Assembly (NCBI GenBank): GCA_052390235.1
Contig: JBQTHB010000005.1
Span: 96,001 to 160,000 of the forward strand
From: Deltaproteobacteria bacterium
GTDB taxonomy: Bacteria > Desulfobacterota_D > UBA1144 > Nemesobacterales > CSP1-2
Length of the DNA stretch: 64,000 nucleotides
Direction of reading: 5' to 3'
The translations under genes were made by a program, and so were the position numbers. Shown here piece after piece: positions 38,704 to 49,592 of the stretch; the stretch's first letter is position 1, and the number at the start of each line of letters is the position of its first letter. Under the pieces are notes generated by a model. The model saw only the letters and a list, made by a program, of their open reading frames with translations, was not told where the DNA came from and made no database searches.

Positions 38704-39969
38704 TTAGGCTCGCTTCAGATAGCGGTCAATAAGTTGCACTGCCCTTGCCACGCCGTCCTCAGCCCTAACTCGCCTCGATAAATCCGCCGCCCTCTCCCGC
38801 ATCCCGCTATCGCCTACAGCTAGGAAAATAGCCGAGGCGAGCCGCTCCACAGAGAGCTTATCAACAGGTATCGGCTCTGAGCCAACGCCCAAATCGGCGA
38901 TGCGGCGCGCCCAAAACGGGTGGTCATAGGAAAAAGGAACGAGAACCGAGGGAACTCCAGCGCGAACGCCCGCGTAGGTCGTCCCCGTGCCGCCGTGATG
39001 CACCACTGCCCGCATCTGAGGGAAGAGCCAGCCGTGAGGGATGGCGTCAATCTGAAACACGCTCTCTGGAATATCCGAGGGAGCAATACCCCCCCATCCG
39101 GTGGCGATAACCCCGCGCTGTCCCGCTCTCGATAGCGCGTCCAGAACGATTCGCGTCGCTTTTTGAGGGTCGCGGGTCTGTAAACTGCCAAAGCCTACAT
39201 AAACCGGCGGCGCGCCTGCATCCAGAAATCTCTGTAGCCTGGGCGAGGGTTTAAATTCCGCCGAGTCGTCCAGATGCCAAAAGCCCGTCAGATGCACTCG
39301 CTCGCCCCAGTCCGGGGGTTTAGGGAGCATCGAGGGGCTGATGCAAAAGAGCATGAGTTTTAGCTCGGAGCGCCATTTTTTGCGGTAATTCACCCAAAAA
39401 GGAATCAGAGGGAGACCCAGTTGCTCCTGCCGCCACCGATTTACGAGAGAGCGAAACGGCAACCACGAGACCATATCACCCACGAGCCAAGTGAGGCGGT
39501 TGACAGAAGCGCCCAGATTCCTCTGAACGAGCAGGCTTGGGAAAGCGCCCGTCGGATACAGAGGCGGGAGAAAAGCGGCTATAGAGGGGATACGCAGTTT
39601 CTCGGCGATATGAGGGCCAAAATAGAAGCTCAGTTGGTTGTAAACTAGGGCGTCTGCTCCTCGCGAGGCATTCCACAAATCAGCCGCGATGCCCAGAATA
39701 TAGGGCTTCACAGCAGAGGCGAACATAGTAAACAGCTTGAGGCGGTTTGCGCCCCCTTCGAGAGCGGCTTTAGCATTTTCCTGCTCCAGAATCTCCATCG
39801 GGTTGCTCTTGACTGAGAAGAACCCAAGCCCGAAGCCCCCGATGAATTTTTCATACACGGCGTGAGTGGCAATGGTTACGCCATAGCCTGCGGATTTTAG
39901 CCCAAGCCCCAGGGCGATGTGAGGCTGAACGTCCCCGCGAGAGCCTATGGCGAGTATCGTAATGTTCAT
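38704..39969 (-). CDS. Sterol-glucosyltransferase-like GT-B glycosyltransferase
   Basis: GSRGDVQP, PVYVGFGS, PHGWLFP, HHGGTGTT, PFSYDHPFW. Confidence 0.9.
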   Translation of the reverse strand: MNITILAIGSRGDVQPHIALGLGLKSAGYGVTIATHAVYEKFIGGFGLGFFSVKSNPMEILEQENAKAALEGGANRLKLFTMFASAVKPYILGIAADLWNASRGADALVYNQLSFYFGPHIAEKLRIPSIAAFLPPLYPTGAFPSLLVQRNLGASVNRLTWLVGDMVSWLPFRSLVNRWRQEQLGLPLIPFWVNYRKKWRSELKLMLFCISPSMLPKPPDWGERVHLTGFWHLDDSAEFKPSPRLQRFLDAGAPPVYVGFGSLQTRDPQKATRIVLDALSRAGQRGVIATGWGGIAPSDIPESVFQIDAIPHGWLFPQMRAVVHHGGTGTTYAGVRAGVPSVLVPFSYDHPFWARRIADLGVGSEPIPVDKLSVERLASAIFLAVGDSGMRERAADLSRRVRAEDGVARAVQLIDRYLKRA

Positions 39970-39981
39970 TTTCCGCCTCAA

Positions 39982-40968
39982 TTACAAATGCCCGTTGTCT
40001 TTAAACCACTTTACGGTTTTCTCGATGCTCTGCTCTATCGGGCTTTGGCGGAATCCAAGCTCGCGCAGCGCTTTGGAGGCGTCAACGTGCCAGCAGAATT
40101 TGGATAATTTCACTGAATCCACGTCCATTGTGGAGAAATTCGGAAAGGATAGCCCCAAGATTCTCTCCACCACAAAGGCACTTCCGTAGGCAAAGAAATA
40201 GGGGATTTTCATCTTAGGCGCGGGGATGCCGGTGATTTTCTCCATTAGGTCGAAAAATTCCCTCACCGTCAGGTTCCTATTGGCGAGGATGTACCGCTCC
40301 CCGATGTTGCCCTTCTCCGCCGCCAGAATATGCCCCTCGGCAACGTCCTCGACGTCCACTAAATTGAGCGTGCCGTCCATGTAGCCCGGAAATTTTTTCT
40401 TGCAGTACCAAAGTAGCGCGCCCGTGCTTGAGAGATACACATCCCCAGGCCCAATCACGACCGAAGGGTTTACCACCACAAGCGGCAGTCCCTGCTCGTG
40501 AATCTTAATAGCCGCCCGCTCGGAGTAGTGTTTCGTGTTGAGATAGCCAATCCCCTCGCCCTCGAGAGTGAATTTCGTCTCCTCCGTGGCAACCGCCCCG
40601 CTCGCTTCAGCCCCCACCGCGGCGACGCTACTGGTATGGACGGCTTTTTTCACCCCGGCATCGAGCGCGGCTGAAAGCACGTTTATCGTTCCGCCGACGT
40701 TGATGTCCTGCATTTTTTGGTAATCCGATTTTTTAAACGACACAAATCCCGCCGTGTGATAGACCGTATCGCATCCGGCAATGGCTCGCTTCACAGATTC
40801 AATGTCGGTGATGTCCCCATAGACGCGCTCGATGCCGGGGATGTCGTCAATGTTTGAGGTTTTACTGCTCGCTCTGAGGAGGATTTTTACCTTCTCCCCG
40901 CGCGCGGCGAGCTTTCTCGCAATGTGAGAGCCTAAAAAACCGGTTGCTCCGGTTATCAGAGTTGTCAT
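39982..40968 (-). CDS. Extended SDR / NAD-dependent epimerase-dehydratase (HpnA/DFR-like)
   Basis: ITGATGFLG, HTSS, YLNTK, VNPS, VDVEDVAEGH. Confidence 0.88.
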   Translation of the reverse strand: MTTLITGATGFLGSHIARKLAARGEKVKILLRASSKTSNIDDIPGIERVYGDITDIESVKRAIAGCDTVYHTAGFVSFKKSDYQKMQDINVGGTINVLSAALDAGVKKAVHTSSVAAVGAEASGAVATEETKFTLEGEGIGYLNTKHYSERAAIKIHEQGLPLVVVNPSVVIGPGDVYLSSTGALLWYCKKKFPGYMDGTLNLVDVEDVAEGHILAAEKGNIGERYILANRNLTVREFFDLMEKITGIPAPKMKIPYFFAYGSAFVVERILGLSFPNFSTMDVDSVKLSKFCWHVDASKALRELGFRQSPIEQSIEKTVKWFKDNGHL

Positions 40969-41150
40969 GAAATACCTCCTTTAATCCTCAATAGTCTCAG
41001 CGCCAAATCCCGTTGCAGAGATTGCCGTTGCCATGATTATGGGACAGGCCGCGCCGCCCGAGGCACAATGGGGATCACAGTGTCGAATCGGCGTTGTTGC
41101 GTAATCTCTGCCGTCACATTCGGGGAAATAACCTTGTATCCTGCCGCGCA

Positions 41151-41792
41151 TCACAAATCCCGCATCCCGCCACTTGGGGCGCGGCGCATGAACCAATTCA
41201 CCACTCCAAGCACCTGGGCTTCGCGGACGACTTCAAATCCGAGCCTGCGGTACAGCTTCACGTTTATTAATTTATCTGTCTCAAGGTACGAGACTGCCCC
41301 TTTCTCATCCATTTCCCTAAGACAGGCGTCTAATATCCGAGTGCCGATGCCGCCGCCCTGAAGAGCCGTCTCCACAGCCAAGGGCCCCAGGTGCCAGTGA
41401 GGCTCGCGGAGGTCAAAATCGCTCCAGCGCATCATCCAGCGCCTAAGCCTGATTATCACCGGCAGAGGGTATCCTATCACGGACGGTATCGCCTTGAGCC
41501 GCTCCAAGAACGAGAGAGCGCATCCCCCCGGAGGCGACATCCCCAGCGCGCCCACAATAACCCCTGCCCTCTCGGCGCCCAGAACCTCGCCGCCTACCGA
41601 AATAATTCTTGAAACCGCGGCGCAATTGAGCTTCCGAAGCATTTTCACCCTCCCCTGCGCATCATCGCCGAATATCCGCACGTAGATGGGGTTGTCCCGC
41701 ATGGCATGGGCGAAAAGGGCGGATACGGCGTCAATTTCAGGGCGGCGGAGCGGGCGAATGGAAAAGTCGGTCATTTTATATACTTCAGCCAT
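41151..41792 (-). CDS. GNAT N-acetyltransferase
   Basis: HWHLGPLAV..LQGGGIG, YLET...NVKLYRRLGF. Confidence 0.88.
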   Translation of the reverse strand: MAEVYKMTDFSIRPLRRPEIDAVSALFAHAMRDNPIYVRIFGDDAQGRVKMLRKLNCAAVSRIISVGGEVLGAERAGVIVGALGMSPPGGCALSFLERLKAIPSVIGYPLPVIIRLRRWMMRWSDFDLREPHWHLGPLAVETALQGGGIGTRILDACLREMDEKGAVSYLETDKLINVKLYRRLGFEVVREAQVLGVVNWFMRRAPSGGMRDL

Positions 41793-41859
41793 GAGTCTCT
41801 GCGTGGGAGCGCCGGAATTTTAAGAGAATATATACCACGGCGCATTTATAATCAACTCA

Positions 41860-43122
41860 TCAAACGCGGACGAGCAGGGCGAGGGTTTCGATGTGATAGG
41901 TTTGCGGGAACATATCAAACGGGCGGATTTTGAGAGTTCTGTAGCCGGAATCTCGAAGGCGTTTTAAATCCCTAGCGAGGGTTGCCGGGTCGCAGGAGAC
42001 GTAAATTATCTTCTCCGGCGAAAGCCCCGCAATCCCGTCCAGAATCTCGCGCGCGCCCTCTCTGGGCGGGTCTAGGAGGACAAAATCGAATTTATCCCCC
42101 CTTTGTAGAGCCTCGGCGATGAAAAGCTCCGTCGGCGAGGGGTCGAATTTCACATTCTCTATGGAATTTGCCAAAGCCGCCCTGCGAGCGAGACTAACGG
42201 ATTTCGCCGCGATGTCCACTCCCAAAACCCGCCCGGCGCTCTTTGCCAAGTGGAGCGAGAAATTGCCAATGCCCGAATAGAGGTCAAGGGCGGACTCCCA
42301 GCCCGACAAATCCGCCCACTCAAGCGCCGCCGCGACTAACTTTGCGTTGATTTCGGCGTTTGCCTGAATGAAAGTCGAGGGGACGGAATAAAACCTCAGC
42401 CCAAGCAATTCCAGTTCATACTCTGCCTCGCCGTCATCCCCAGCGATGGATACGAAATTCCCCTTCAAAGCCCGGTTTAAAATCTTCCGCAGGGGATTGA
42501 GCGCCCTCGGATTTTCTCTGCGCTTAGGGAGCAGGCTCGCCCAAGCCCCGGCGCCGTCCGAGGCAATGTAAATCTTATCCACCGGATAGACGGGGGATTT
42601 TATCTCCGCGAGGGTCTTGGATATGGCAAAAACCGCTTTTTCAATAGCCTCGACCGCCACCGGACAGCCGGCTACGGGGGTTCTCGCTCGGCTTGCCTCC
42701 TCGTGGAATCCAATTCTGTAGCCTCCGCGCTGATGCCAGAGTGAAAACATTACGCGGCTTCTGTAGGCGTATTGACTCGGCGAAGGTACTATCGGCTCGA
42801 TGATGGAATCATCGGTGAATCCGCCGACTCTCTCCAGAGTTTCCCTCAGAATCCCCTCTTTTGCCCGAAGCGCGGATGCGTAACCGAGATTCTGCCACTG
42901 GCACCCGCCGCACACATCAAACACCGGACACGGCGGATGCACTCTATCGGGCGACGGCTCTAGGATGCTGAGAACACGGGCTTCGGCAAACCTGCCCCTA
43001 TCGCGAGTGATTTGAATCTCAACCGTGTCTCCGGCAAGCGCCCCGCGGACGAAATAGACCTTCCCCTCGGCTCTTGCCACGCCCGCGCCGCCGAACGCCA
43101 ATTTCTCGATTTGAACCCTCAT
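41860..43122 (-). CDS. rlmD: 23S rRNA m5U methyltransferase (RlmD/TrmA family)
   Basis: TRAM domain, C..F..CGGC, DLYSGIG, LDPPR, YVSCDP, DMFPQTYHIE. Confidence 0.88.
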   Translation of the reverse strand: MRVQIEKLAFGGAGVARAEGKVYFVRGALAGDTVEIQITRDRGRFAEARVLSILEPSPDRVHPPCPVFDVCGGCQWQNLGYASALRAKEGILRETLERVGGFTDDSIIEPIVPSPSQYAYRSRVMFSLWHQRGGYRIGFHEEASRARTPVAGCPVAVEAIEKAVFAISKTLAEIKSPVYPVDKIYIASDGAGAWASLLPKRRENPRALNPLRKILNRALKGNFVSIAGDDGEAEYELELLGLRFYSVPSTFIQANAEINAKLVAAALEWADLSGWESALDLYSGIGNFSLHLAKSAGRVLGVDIAAKSVSLARRAALANSIENVKFDPSPTELFIAEALQRGDKFDFVLLDPPREGAREILDGIAGLSPEKIIYVSCDPATLARDLKRLRDSGYRTLKIRPFDMFPQTYHIETLALLVRV

Positions 43123-43268
43123 CAGCGGGGGATTGTATCGAAAAACCGCTGGATTGGCAATTACGAGCCTAGTGGGCTAAACCCTACGGGAGCATTTGAG
43201 GAGTTGCGCAGATTGCAAATCCCCCGCGTAATCCGTATCATAAATTCGGGGCTTGCGAGAGAATAAAA

Positions 43269-45413
43269 ATGAGCCAAGACAGAAGCGCGAGAAATTTTTT
43301 ACTCATCACCCTTGCCATCGGCTTTGTCTCGGCGGCGCTGGGGTTTATGCTCTACATATCCCCTCCGGGGTTTCTAAAGGAGGTTGACCTCCGCTTCGGG
43401 GATTTCCGCTTCAAACTTCGAGAACGACTGAGTCCCATAAAACCTCCCCAAGATATTGTCATAATTGCGATTGACGAGAAGAGCATAAACCAGCTTGGCA
43501 GATGGCCATGGTCTCGGACGGTTTTAGCCCAGTTCACGGACAAACTCGCCGAATACGCCCCGAAGACAGTGGGATTCGATATTGTGTTCTCGGAGTCCGA
43601 GTCCGAAGAGGCGGATTCTGCCCTCATCGAGGCTATGCGCAAATCGGGCAATATAACGCTCGGCTACTTTTTCCGCGACTCATCCACGCAGGAAACCCCG
43701 AAAGAGGCTCTCGCGCAGATAAACCGCTCCAACATAAAACTCATAAAATTTCTGGATGAATCCGAACCCGACACGATAAGAGAATTCTCATCTATAGAGA
43801 CCAATATCCCCTCCATCGGCGCCGCCGCTAAGGGCTTTGGCTTCTTTAATGCCTTTCCCGACCAAGACGGCATATTTCGGCGCACCCAGTTTTTCATCAA
43901 ACACGGAGAAAATATCTACCCATCGCTGAGCCTCGAATCCGTGAGGAGATATTTAAAAGGGCAGATTCTCCTAATGCTCGCCTCTTATGGGATTGAAGAG
44001 ATTATGATTAACGAGCGCGCCATTCCCTCCGACGAGAGGTCTCAGTTCCTGCTGAATTTCTACGGCAGGAGCGGCTCTTTTGCGACTTACCCGATAGTTG
44101 ACGTTCTAAATGGAGCGCTTCCCCCTGAGGCGCTTCGGGATAAGCTCGTCTTTATAGGCCCCACTGAAATCGGGATTTACGATGTCCGGGCGACTCCCCT
44201 CGACCCGACCTTCCCCGGAGTAGAAATTCATGCAACTGTGGCGGGGAACATACTCGACGGGCGATTTCTCATCCAAAACAACCTGACCAAAGCCGTTGAC
44301 ATGGTTCTAACCGTCCTTTTGCCGATACTGCTGTCCGTAGGGCTTTTTTTCACGAAGCGAAACGTCAGCGGACTCGCGCTCTTTCTGGGACTCGCCTCCT
44401 TGAGCTTGGCGGGCAATTACCTCGCCTTTGAAAAATCAAACTTCCTGCTCAGCGCCGTTTTCCCCGTGCTTTCACTCGTATTCGCCTTCGTGGGCTTCGA
44501 GGGCTACCGCAATATCATCATCGAGAGCAGGGGGCGGTATCTGAGAAAAGCCTTCACGAGCTACATTTCCCCGGAAGTCGTAGCCCTCATCATGTCCGAT
44601 CCGAATAAATTGAAACTCGGAGGAGAGCTTAAAACCGTGAGCATTCTGTTCTCCGATATTCGCGGCTTTACGACGCTGTCCGAGAAACTCTCGCCGGAGA
44701 TGCTCGTGTCGCTCCTCAACGAATACCTAAGCCCGATGACGAAAATCGTACTCGATGAGCGGGGCACGCTCGATAAATACATCGGAGACGCGGTAATGGC
44801 TATATTCGGCGCCCCCGTGGACTTGCCCGACCACCAGAAGCGCATCTGCGCGGCGGCTCTGCGGATGATAGAGCGGCTCAAGGAGCTAAATCCCGCGTGG
44901 GAGAAAATGGGATTCCCCAGTATCGCCATCGGAGTCGGCATCAACACCGGAGAGGCGATTGTGGGCAACATGGGCGCGGACATCAGGTTTCAATACACCG
45001 CCATCGGAGACACTGTGAATTTAGCATCCCGGCTCGAGGGGCTTAATAAATACTACGACACGCAGATTATCGTGAGCAAAACTACGCTTGAGGGGTTTGA
45101 CCACTCGGATTTATTGCTTCGGGAAATTGACCTCGTCCAGGTGAAGGGCAAGGACAAGCCCGTCGCCATATTCGAGCTTATGAGCGGCGAGCCGGCGCCG
45201 GAGGACAAAAGAGAGCTTGCCTCGGCCTTTAGCGAAGCCGTCTGCCTGTACCGCGAGCGCGAATTCCACGAAGCGCTGGAAAAATTCACAGAGATTCTCG
45301 AAAAATTTCCGCACGATAAACCCTCCCAACTCTATCAGGAGAGATGCGAGGGATTCATCATCGCCCCGCCAGATGTGGATTGGGATGGAGTATATGTGGC
45401 TAAAGAGAAGTAG
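43269..45413 (+). CDS. CHASE2-domain adenylate/guanylate cyclase
   Basis: GRWPWSR, PGVEIHA, TM segments, FSDIRGFT, DKYIGDAVMA, GDTVNLASRLEG, C-terminal TPR-like tail. Confidence 0.93.
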   Translation: MSQDRSARNFLLITLAIGFVSAALGFMLYISPPGFLKEVDLRFGDFRFKLRERLSPIKPPQDIVIIAIDEKSINQLGRWPWSRTVLAQFTDKLAEYAPKTVGFDIVFSESESEEADSALIEAMRKSGNITLGYFFRDSSTQETPKEALAQINRSNIKLIKFLDESEPDTIREFSSIETNIPSIGAAAKGFGFFNAFPDQDGIFRRTQFFIKHGENIYPSLSLESVRRYLKGQILLMLASYGIEEIMINERAIPSDERSQFLLNFYGRSGSFATYPIVDVLNGALPPEALRDKLVFIGPTEIGIYDVRATPLDPTFPGVEIHATVAGNILDGRFLIQNNLTKAVDMVLTVLLPILLSVGLFFTKRNVSGLALFLGLASLSLAGNYLAFEKSNFLLSAVFPVLSLVFAFVGFEGYRNIIIESRGRYLRKAFTSYISPEVVALIMSDPNKLKLGGELKTVSILFSDIRGFTTLSEKLSPEMLVSLLNEYLSPMTKIVLDERGTLDKYIGDAVMAIFGAPVDLPDHQKRICAAALRMIERLKELNPAWEKMGFPSIAIGVGINTGEAIVGNMGADIRFQYTAIGDTVNLASRLEGLNKYYDTQIIVSKTTLEGFDHSDLLLREIDLVQVKGKDKPVAIFELMSGEPAPEDKRELASAFSEAVCLYREREFHEALEKFTEILEKFPHDKPSQLYQERCEGFIIAPPDVDWDGVYVAKEK

Positions 45414-45567
45414 CCCCCCAATTACCACTTGGGCGTATTTTATCCTGAGCCTGCCCAAGCCTCTTCTCGCCCCCGCGCCCTTCGCCCCAACGCGCAAATA
45501 TAAAATCAAGTGGACGGCGGCTGATTTTTGTGAGATTATTCAGTCTTAAAAAGTCATCCCGCGCACA

Positions 45568-46167
45568 ATGCACATTTACGTTGAAGAGAGCGTAGTCTAT
45601 AAATACGAAAAAATCGCCGTTGACATTTTAAGCGCCGGGCAGTGCCGGGTGGTTCAGAGGGTTAAGCTCGCAAGGAAGCCCGAAGCCGTAATGCCTGATG
45701 TGAAAACCTTCAGACTGTTTGGCTCGGGCAGGCTTCCCGAAGGGCTGGAGATTGGAGTCGCCGCAAGGGACGCGCTATCGGGTGAGGGTATTGCCGCAGC
45801 AGCAGCCATCGAAAGGGAGGGGGGATGTGCCGTCGTCGCAACAATTGCCGTGAGGGGACTGCTCGCGCGCTATGAATCCCCGGAAATAGAGATTGAATAC
45901 TCAAACCTCCCTGCGGATTTCTGCCTCGCCGGATTTCCCCGCTCAGCCGAATGGGCCGTCAAGCCGGACACCCAAACCCACCATCTGGAGGCCGAGATAA
46001 AGCTCCCGGCTGGGCTACTCGCCGGGCGCAGGCTAAGCGCCAGGTGCGTGCCGGAGGATTGGGCGACGACAGAGACCTGCGAGGAGAACGGCAGAGCTTG
46101 CATCAGCATCAGGGGCGGGGATTTGAAGATCGCTATCCTGTACCGAGTTATAATTGAGGGGGCATGA
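45568..46167 (+). CDS. Hypothetical beta-rich protein
   Basis: 199-aa ORF filling the intergenic gap; no motif recognised. Confidence 0.55.
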   Translation: MHIYVEESVVYKYEKIAVDILSAGQCRVVQRVKLARKPEAVMPDVKTFRLFGSGRLPEGLEIGVAARDALSGEGIAAAAAIEREGGCAVVATIAVRGLLARYESPEIEIEYSNLPADFCLAGFPRSAEWAVKPDTQTHHLEAEIKLPAGLLAGRRLSARCVPEDWATTETCEENGRACISIRGGDLKIAILYRVIIEGA

Positions 46168-46386
46168 GCCGCCGCCGGGAACGGGAGAGCTAGACCGGTA
46201 TTATCATGAATCTATGCCTGGGCAGAGAATCCCGATACCGAGCAAAAACGAGCCATAGAGATTTGCCGCGCAGTTTCATTGAGTGCATCGGATACGCCGC
46301 GGTGATATGAAAAACCCCCGCCTAGGGATTTTAAGATAAAATTTATACCAAGCTATTTCGTTTAGATTATTATTATCCGCCGCCCG

Positions 46387-47925
46387 GTGAATGAATTGAT
46401 AGCCAAAGTCCTAAGCTCCGCCGTCTTTGGGATTGACGCATACCTAGTCGAGGTCGAGGTTGACATCGCCGCCGGGCTTCCGCAGTTCTCAACCGTGGGG
46501 CTTCCCGAAGGGGCGGTCAAAGAGAGCAAAGAGCGTGTGAGGGCGGCTGTTAAAAACTCAGGCTTCGATTTCCCCATGAGGCGCATCACCGTGAACCTCG
46601 CGCCGGCAGACATCAGAAAAGAAGGCTCAGGGTTCGATTTGCCCATCGCCGTCGGAATTCTCGCCGCAACCGGATTCCTCAGCGCGGACAGGCTCGGCGA
46701 CTACGTCATCATCGGCGAGCTTTCCCTCGATGGCAGGGTAAAAGCCGTCAAAGGGGCGCTCCCCACGGCAATAGGGGCGAGGGATGGCAAGCTCAAAGGG
46801 ATAATTCTCCCCAAAGAAAACGCCGAAGAGGCGGCTGTGGTTAATGGAGTGGACGTCGTCGCGGTTGAGTTCCTGTCCGAGATTATCAGCTTTCTTTCAG
46901 GCTCGGCGGACATTAGCCCAACCCAAATTGACGTTGCCGAGCTATTTAACCGAAGCGGGGATTACGACCTCGATTTTCAAGAGGTAAAGGGACAGCAGCA
47001 CGTAAAGCGCGCCCTTGAGGTCGCCGCCGCCGGGGGTCATAACGCCCTTATGATAGGCTCTCCCGGCAGCGGCAAAACAATGCTCGCCCGCCGCCTGCCC
47101 GCTATTCTGCCCGACATGAGCTTTGAAGAATCGCTTGAGACAACGAAAATTTACTCTGTTGCCGGGCTTCTCGCGAATAAATCCGCCCTCGTCGCCGCGA
47201 GGCCGTTCCGCTCCCCTCATCACACGATAAGCGACGCCGGGCTCATCGGCGGGGGGGCGGTGCCGAAACCCGGAGAGGTCAGCCTTGCCCACAACGGCGT
47301 GCTTTTTTTGGATGAACTGCCGGAATTCAAGAAAAACGTGCTTGAGGTTCTCCGCCAGCCCCTCGAAGACGGCAGGGTTACAATATCGAGAGCCGTAACG
47401 TCCATCACCTATCCGGCTCGGCTCATGCTCGTTGCGGCAATGAACCCATGCCCCTGCGGCTTCAGCGGCGACCCCAAAAAAGAATGCGCCTGCTCGCCCC
47501 TGCAGATTCACAAATACAGGGCCAAGGTGTCTGGGCCCCTGCTCGACAGGATTGACATTCACATCGAAGTGCCGCCGGTCAGATACAAAGAACTCTCAAG
47601 CGACGTTGCCGGGGAAAGCTCGGCGCAGATTCGGCAGCGCGTAAACCGGGCGAGAGCCGCGCAGAAGCGCAGATTTGGCGATAGCGGGATTTACTCGAAT
47701 TCGCAGATGCCCCCAAGGCTCGTGAGGAAATTCGCAAAACCCGACGACGCCGGGATGAAGCTCCTTGAGATGGCAATAAACAGGCTGGGACTGAGCGCGA
47801 GGGCTTTTGATAGAATCCTCAAAGTCGCCCGCACCATTGCCGACTTGGATGAATCCGAAAGGGTTTTGACTCACCACATCTCGGAGGCGATTCAGTATCG
47901 CTCGCTCGACAGGAACGTGATTTGA
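46387..47925 (+). CDS. comM: ComM/YifB Mg-chelatase-like AAA+ ATPase
   Basis: [50 protein letters not shown]. Confidence 0.92.
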   Translation: MNELIAKVLSSAVFGIDAYLVEVEVDIAAGLPQFSTVGLPEGAVKESKERVRAAVKNSGFDFPMRRITVNLAPADIRKEGSGFDLPIAVGILAATGFLSADRLGDYVIIGELSLDGRVKAVKGALPTAIGARDGKLKGIILPKENAEEAAVVNGVDVVAVEFLSEIISFLSGSADISPTQIDVAELFNRSGDYDLDFQEVKGQQHVKRALEVAAAGGHNALMIGSPGSGKTMLARRLPAILPDMSFEESLETTKIYSVAGLLANKSALVAARPFRSPHHTISDAGLIGGGAVPKPGEVSLAHNGVLFLDELPEFKKNVLEVLRQPLEDGRVTISRAVTSITYPARLMLVAAMNPCPCGFSGDPKKECACSPLQIHKYRAKVSGPLLDRIDIHIEVPPVRYKELSSDVAGESSAQIRQRVNRARAAQKRRFGDSGIYSNSQMPPRLVRKFAKPDDAGMKLLEMAINRLGLSARAFDRILKVARTIADLDESERVLTHHISEAIQYRSLDRNVI

Positions 47926-48076
47926 ATAACCTTGCAGCCACCCTGAAGGAGAGAAGCTACTGAAAACTCTGAATATTAGTGGATTTAATGCTCGGTATTT
48001 TTCGGGGAGGAATTCATCGAAGTCCTTTCCCTAATTAATTTATTCGCGTGAATTCGCGTCCACGCCAAGTCTGTAA

Positions 48077-49402
48077 ATGCTAAAAAACGACCCTAAAACA
48101 ATCTTCGGCTGGTGTATGTACGACTGGGCAAACTCCGCCTACGCCACAACGGTTGCCGTTGGGTTTCTCCCGATTTATTTCGCCTCAGTCGTCGTGGGGG
48201 AAGGAGGCGTATCTCTCGGAGGCTCAACCTACAGCGCGACAGCCCTTTGGGGTTTTACCGTGGCGCTGGCGTCGCTCATCGCCTTTGCCGTCTCGCCCGT
48301 GTTGGGCGCTATAGCAGATTTCACGGGGGCAAAAAAGCGATTCCTGCTCAGCTTTGCCTACATAGGCTCTCTGGCAACCCTGCTATTCTACCTCTCCGAA
48401 TCCGGCGATGTGTGGATGACCCTGGGCTTTTTCCTCTTAACGCAGGTCTGCTTCATCGGGGCAAATGTCTTTTACGACGCGTTTCTGCCGCAAATCACAA
48501 CGGACGATAAAATGGACGCGGTCTCAGGCAGGGGGTTTTCATACGGCTACGTCGGCGGAGGGATTCAGCTCGCCTTAGCGTTCGGGATTGTGGCAATGCA
48601 CGAGGCGCTCGGACTGTCCCAAACCCAAGCCGTGAGAGTTGGCATCGCAAGCGCGGGGATTTGGTGGGCGGGGTTTACCATCATCACGGCGAGGAACCTG
48701 CGGGAAGCCCCGACGAATAACCCGCTTCCCAGGGAGTATCTATCGTGGAGATTTCGGCGGGCGGCTTATGTAGCCGTGGGATTCTCGCGGCTCCTCGGCA
48801 CGCTCCGGCGGGCGGGGAAATTCAAGCACCTCGTTCTATTTCTCGCCGCCTATATGCTTTATAACGAGGGCATACAAACCGTTATCAGCATGGCGGTAAT
48901 CTACGGCAAAGAGGAGCTTCGGCTCACGACGACATCTCTCCTTGCGACACTGCTGATAATTCAAATCGTAGCCGCATTCGGGGCGATTTTCTTTAGCCGA
49001 ATAGCAGGGCGAATTGGAACGAAAAGGGCGATAACGGCGACGCTCATCCTCTGGTCAGGCGTTGTGATTTACGCCTATTTCATCACGACGGCGGCGCAGT
49101 TCTTCGGCGCGGGAGTGGCTTTGGGACTCGTCATGGGAGGCTCTCAGGCCCTGAGCCGCTCCTTTTACGGCTCGATGATACCGGAGAAGGCGGCGGCGGA
49201 GTTTTACGGGTTCTACACGGTTTTTAGTAAATTCTCGGCAATTTGGGGCCCCCTTGCCTTCGCCCTCATCCGGCAGACGACAGGCAGCGCGAGAAACTCC
49301 ATTATCTCGTTAATTGCGTTTTTCATCGCCGGAGTGGTTCTGCTCTATTTCGTGGATGAGAAAAAAGCCCGCTCAGCCCGCGAGAGCGGAGAGGACTGGT
49401 AA
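48077..49402 (+). CDS. MFS transporter, UMF1/ATG22-like
   Basis: WCMYDWANS, NVFYDAFL, GGSQALSRS. Confidence 0.88.
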   Translation: MLKNDPKTIFGWCMYDWANSAYATTVAVGFLPIYFASVVVGEGGVSLGGSTYSATALWGFTVALASLIAFAVSPVLGAIADFTGAKKRFLLSFAYIGSLATLLFYLSESGDVWMTLGFFLLTQVCFIGANVFYDAFLPQITTDDKMDAVSGRGFSYGYVGGGIQLALAFGIVAMHEALGLSQTQAVRVGIASAGIWWAGFTIITARNLREAPTNNPLPREYLSWRFRRAAYVAVGFSRLLGTLRRAGKFKHLVLFLAAYMLYNEGIQTVISMAVIYGKEELRLTTTSLLATLLIIQIVAAFGAIFFSRIAGRIGTKRAITATLILWSGVVIYAYFITTAAQFFGAGVALGLVMGGSQALSRSFYGSMIPEKAAAEFYGFYTVFSKFSAIWGPLAFALIRQTTGSARNSIISLIAFFIAGVVLLYFVDEKKARSARESGEDW

Positions 49403-49592
49403 AGCGCGCCCCGGGTATCTCCTCTGCCCAAATCCATCGCCCCTCAAAGCCCGGCAATAGACCTCTGCGGCGAATGAATAATCATAAAGAAACAAAGAGT
49501 TCCCAACTTTATATATATATATTGGCGCTACTTTTGTGTTTCATATTTTGATATTATCTGCGCCAGAGCCTTTTGTGAGGAGGTAGCAAGGG

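Noticed and set aside
49510..49522. (TA)6 run upstream of the acyl-CoA dehydrogenase
   Set aside because: Too short and isolated to support a function.
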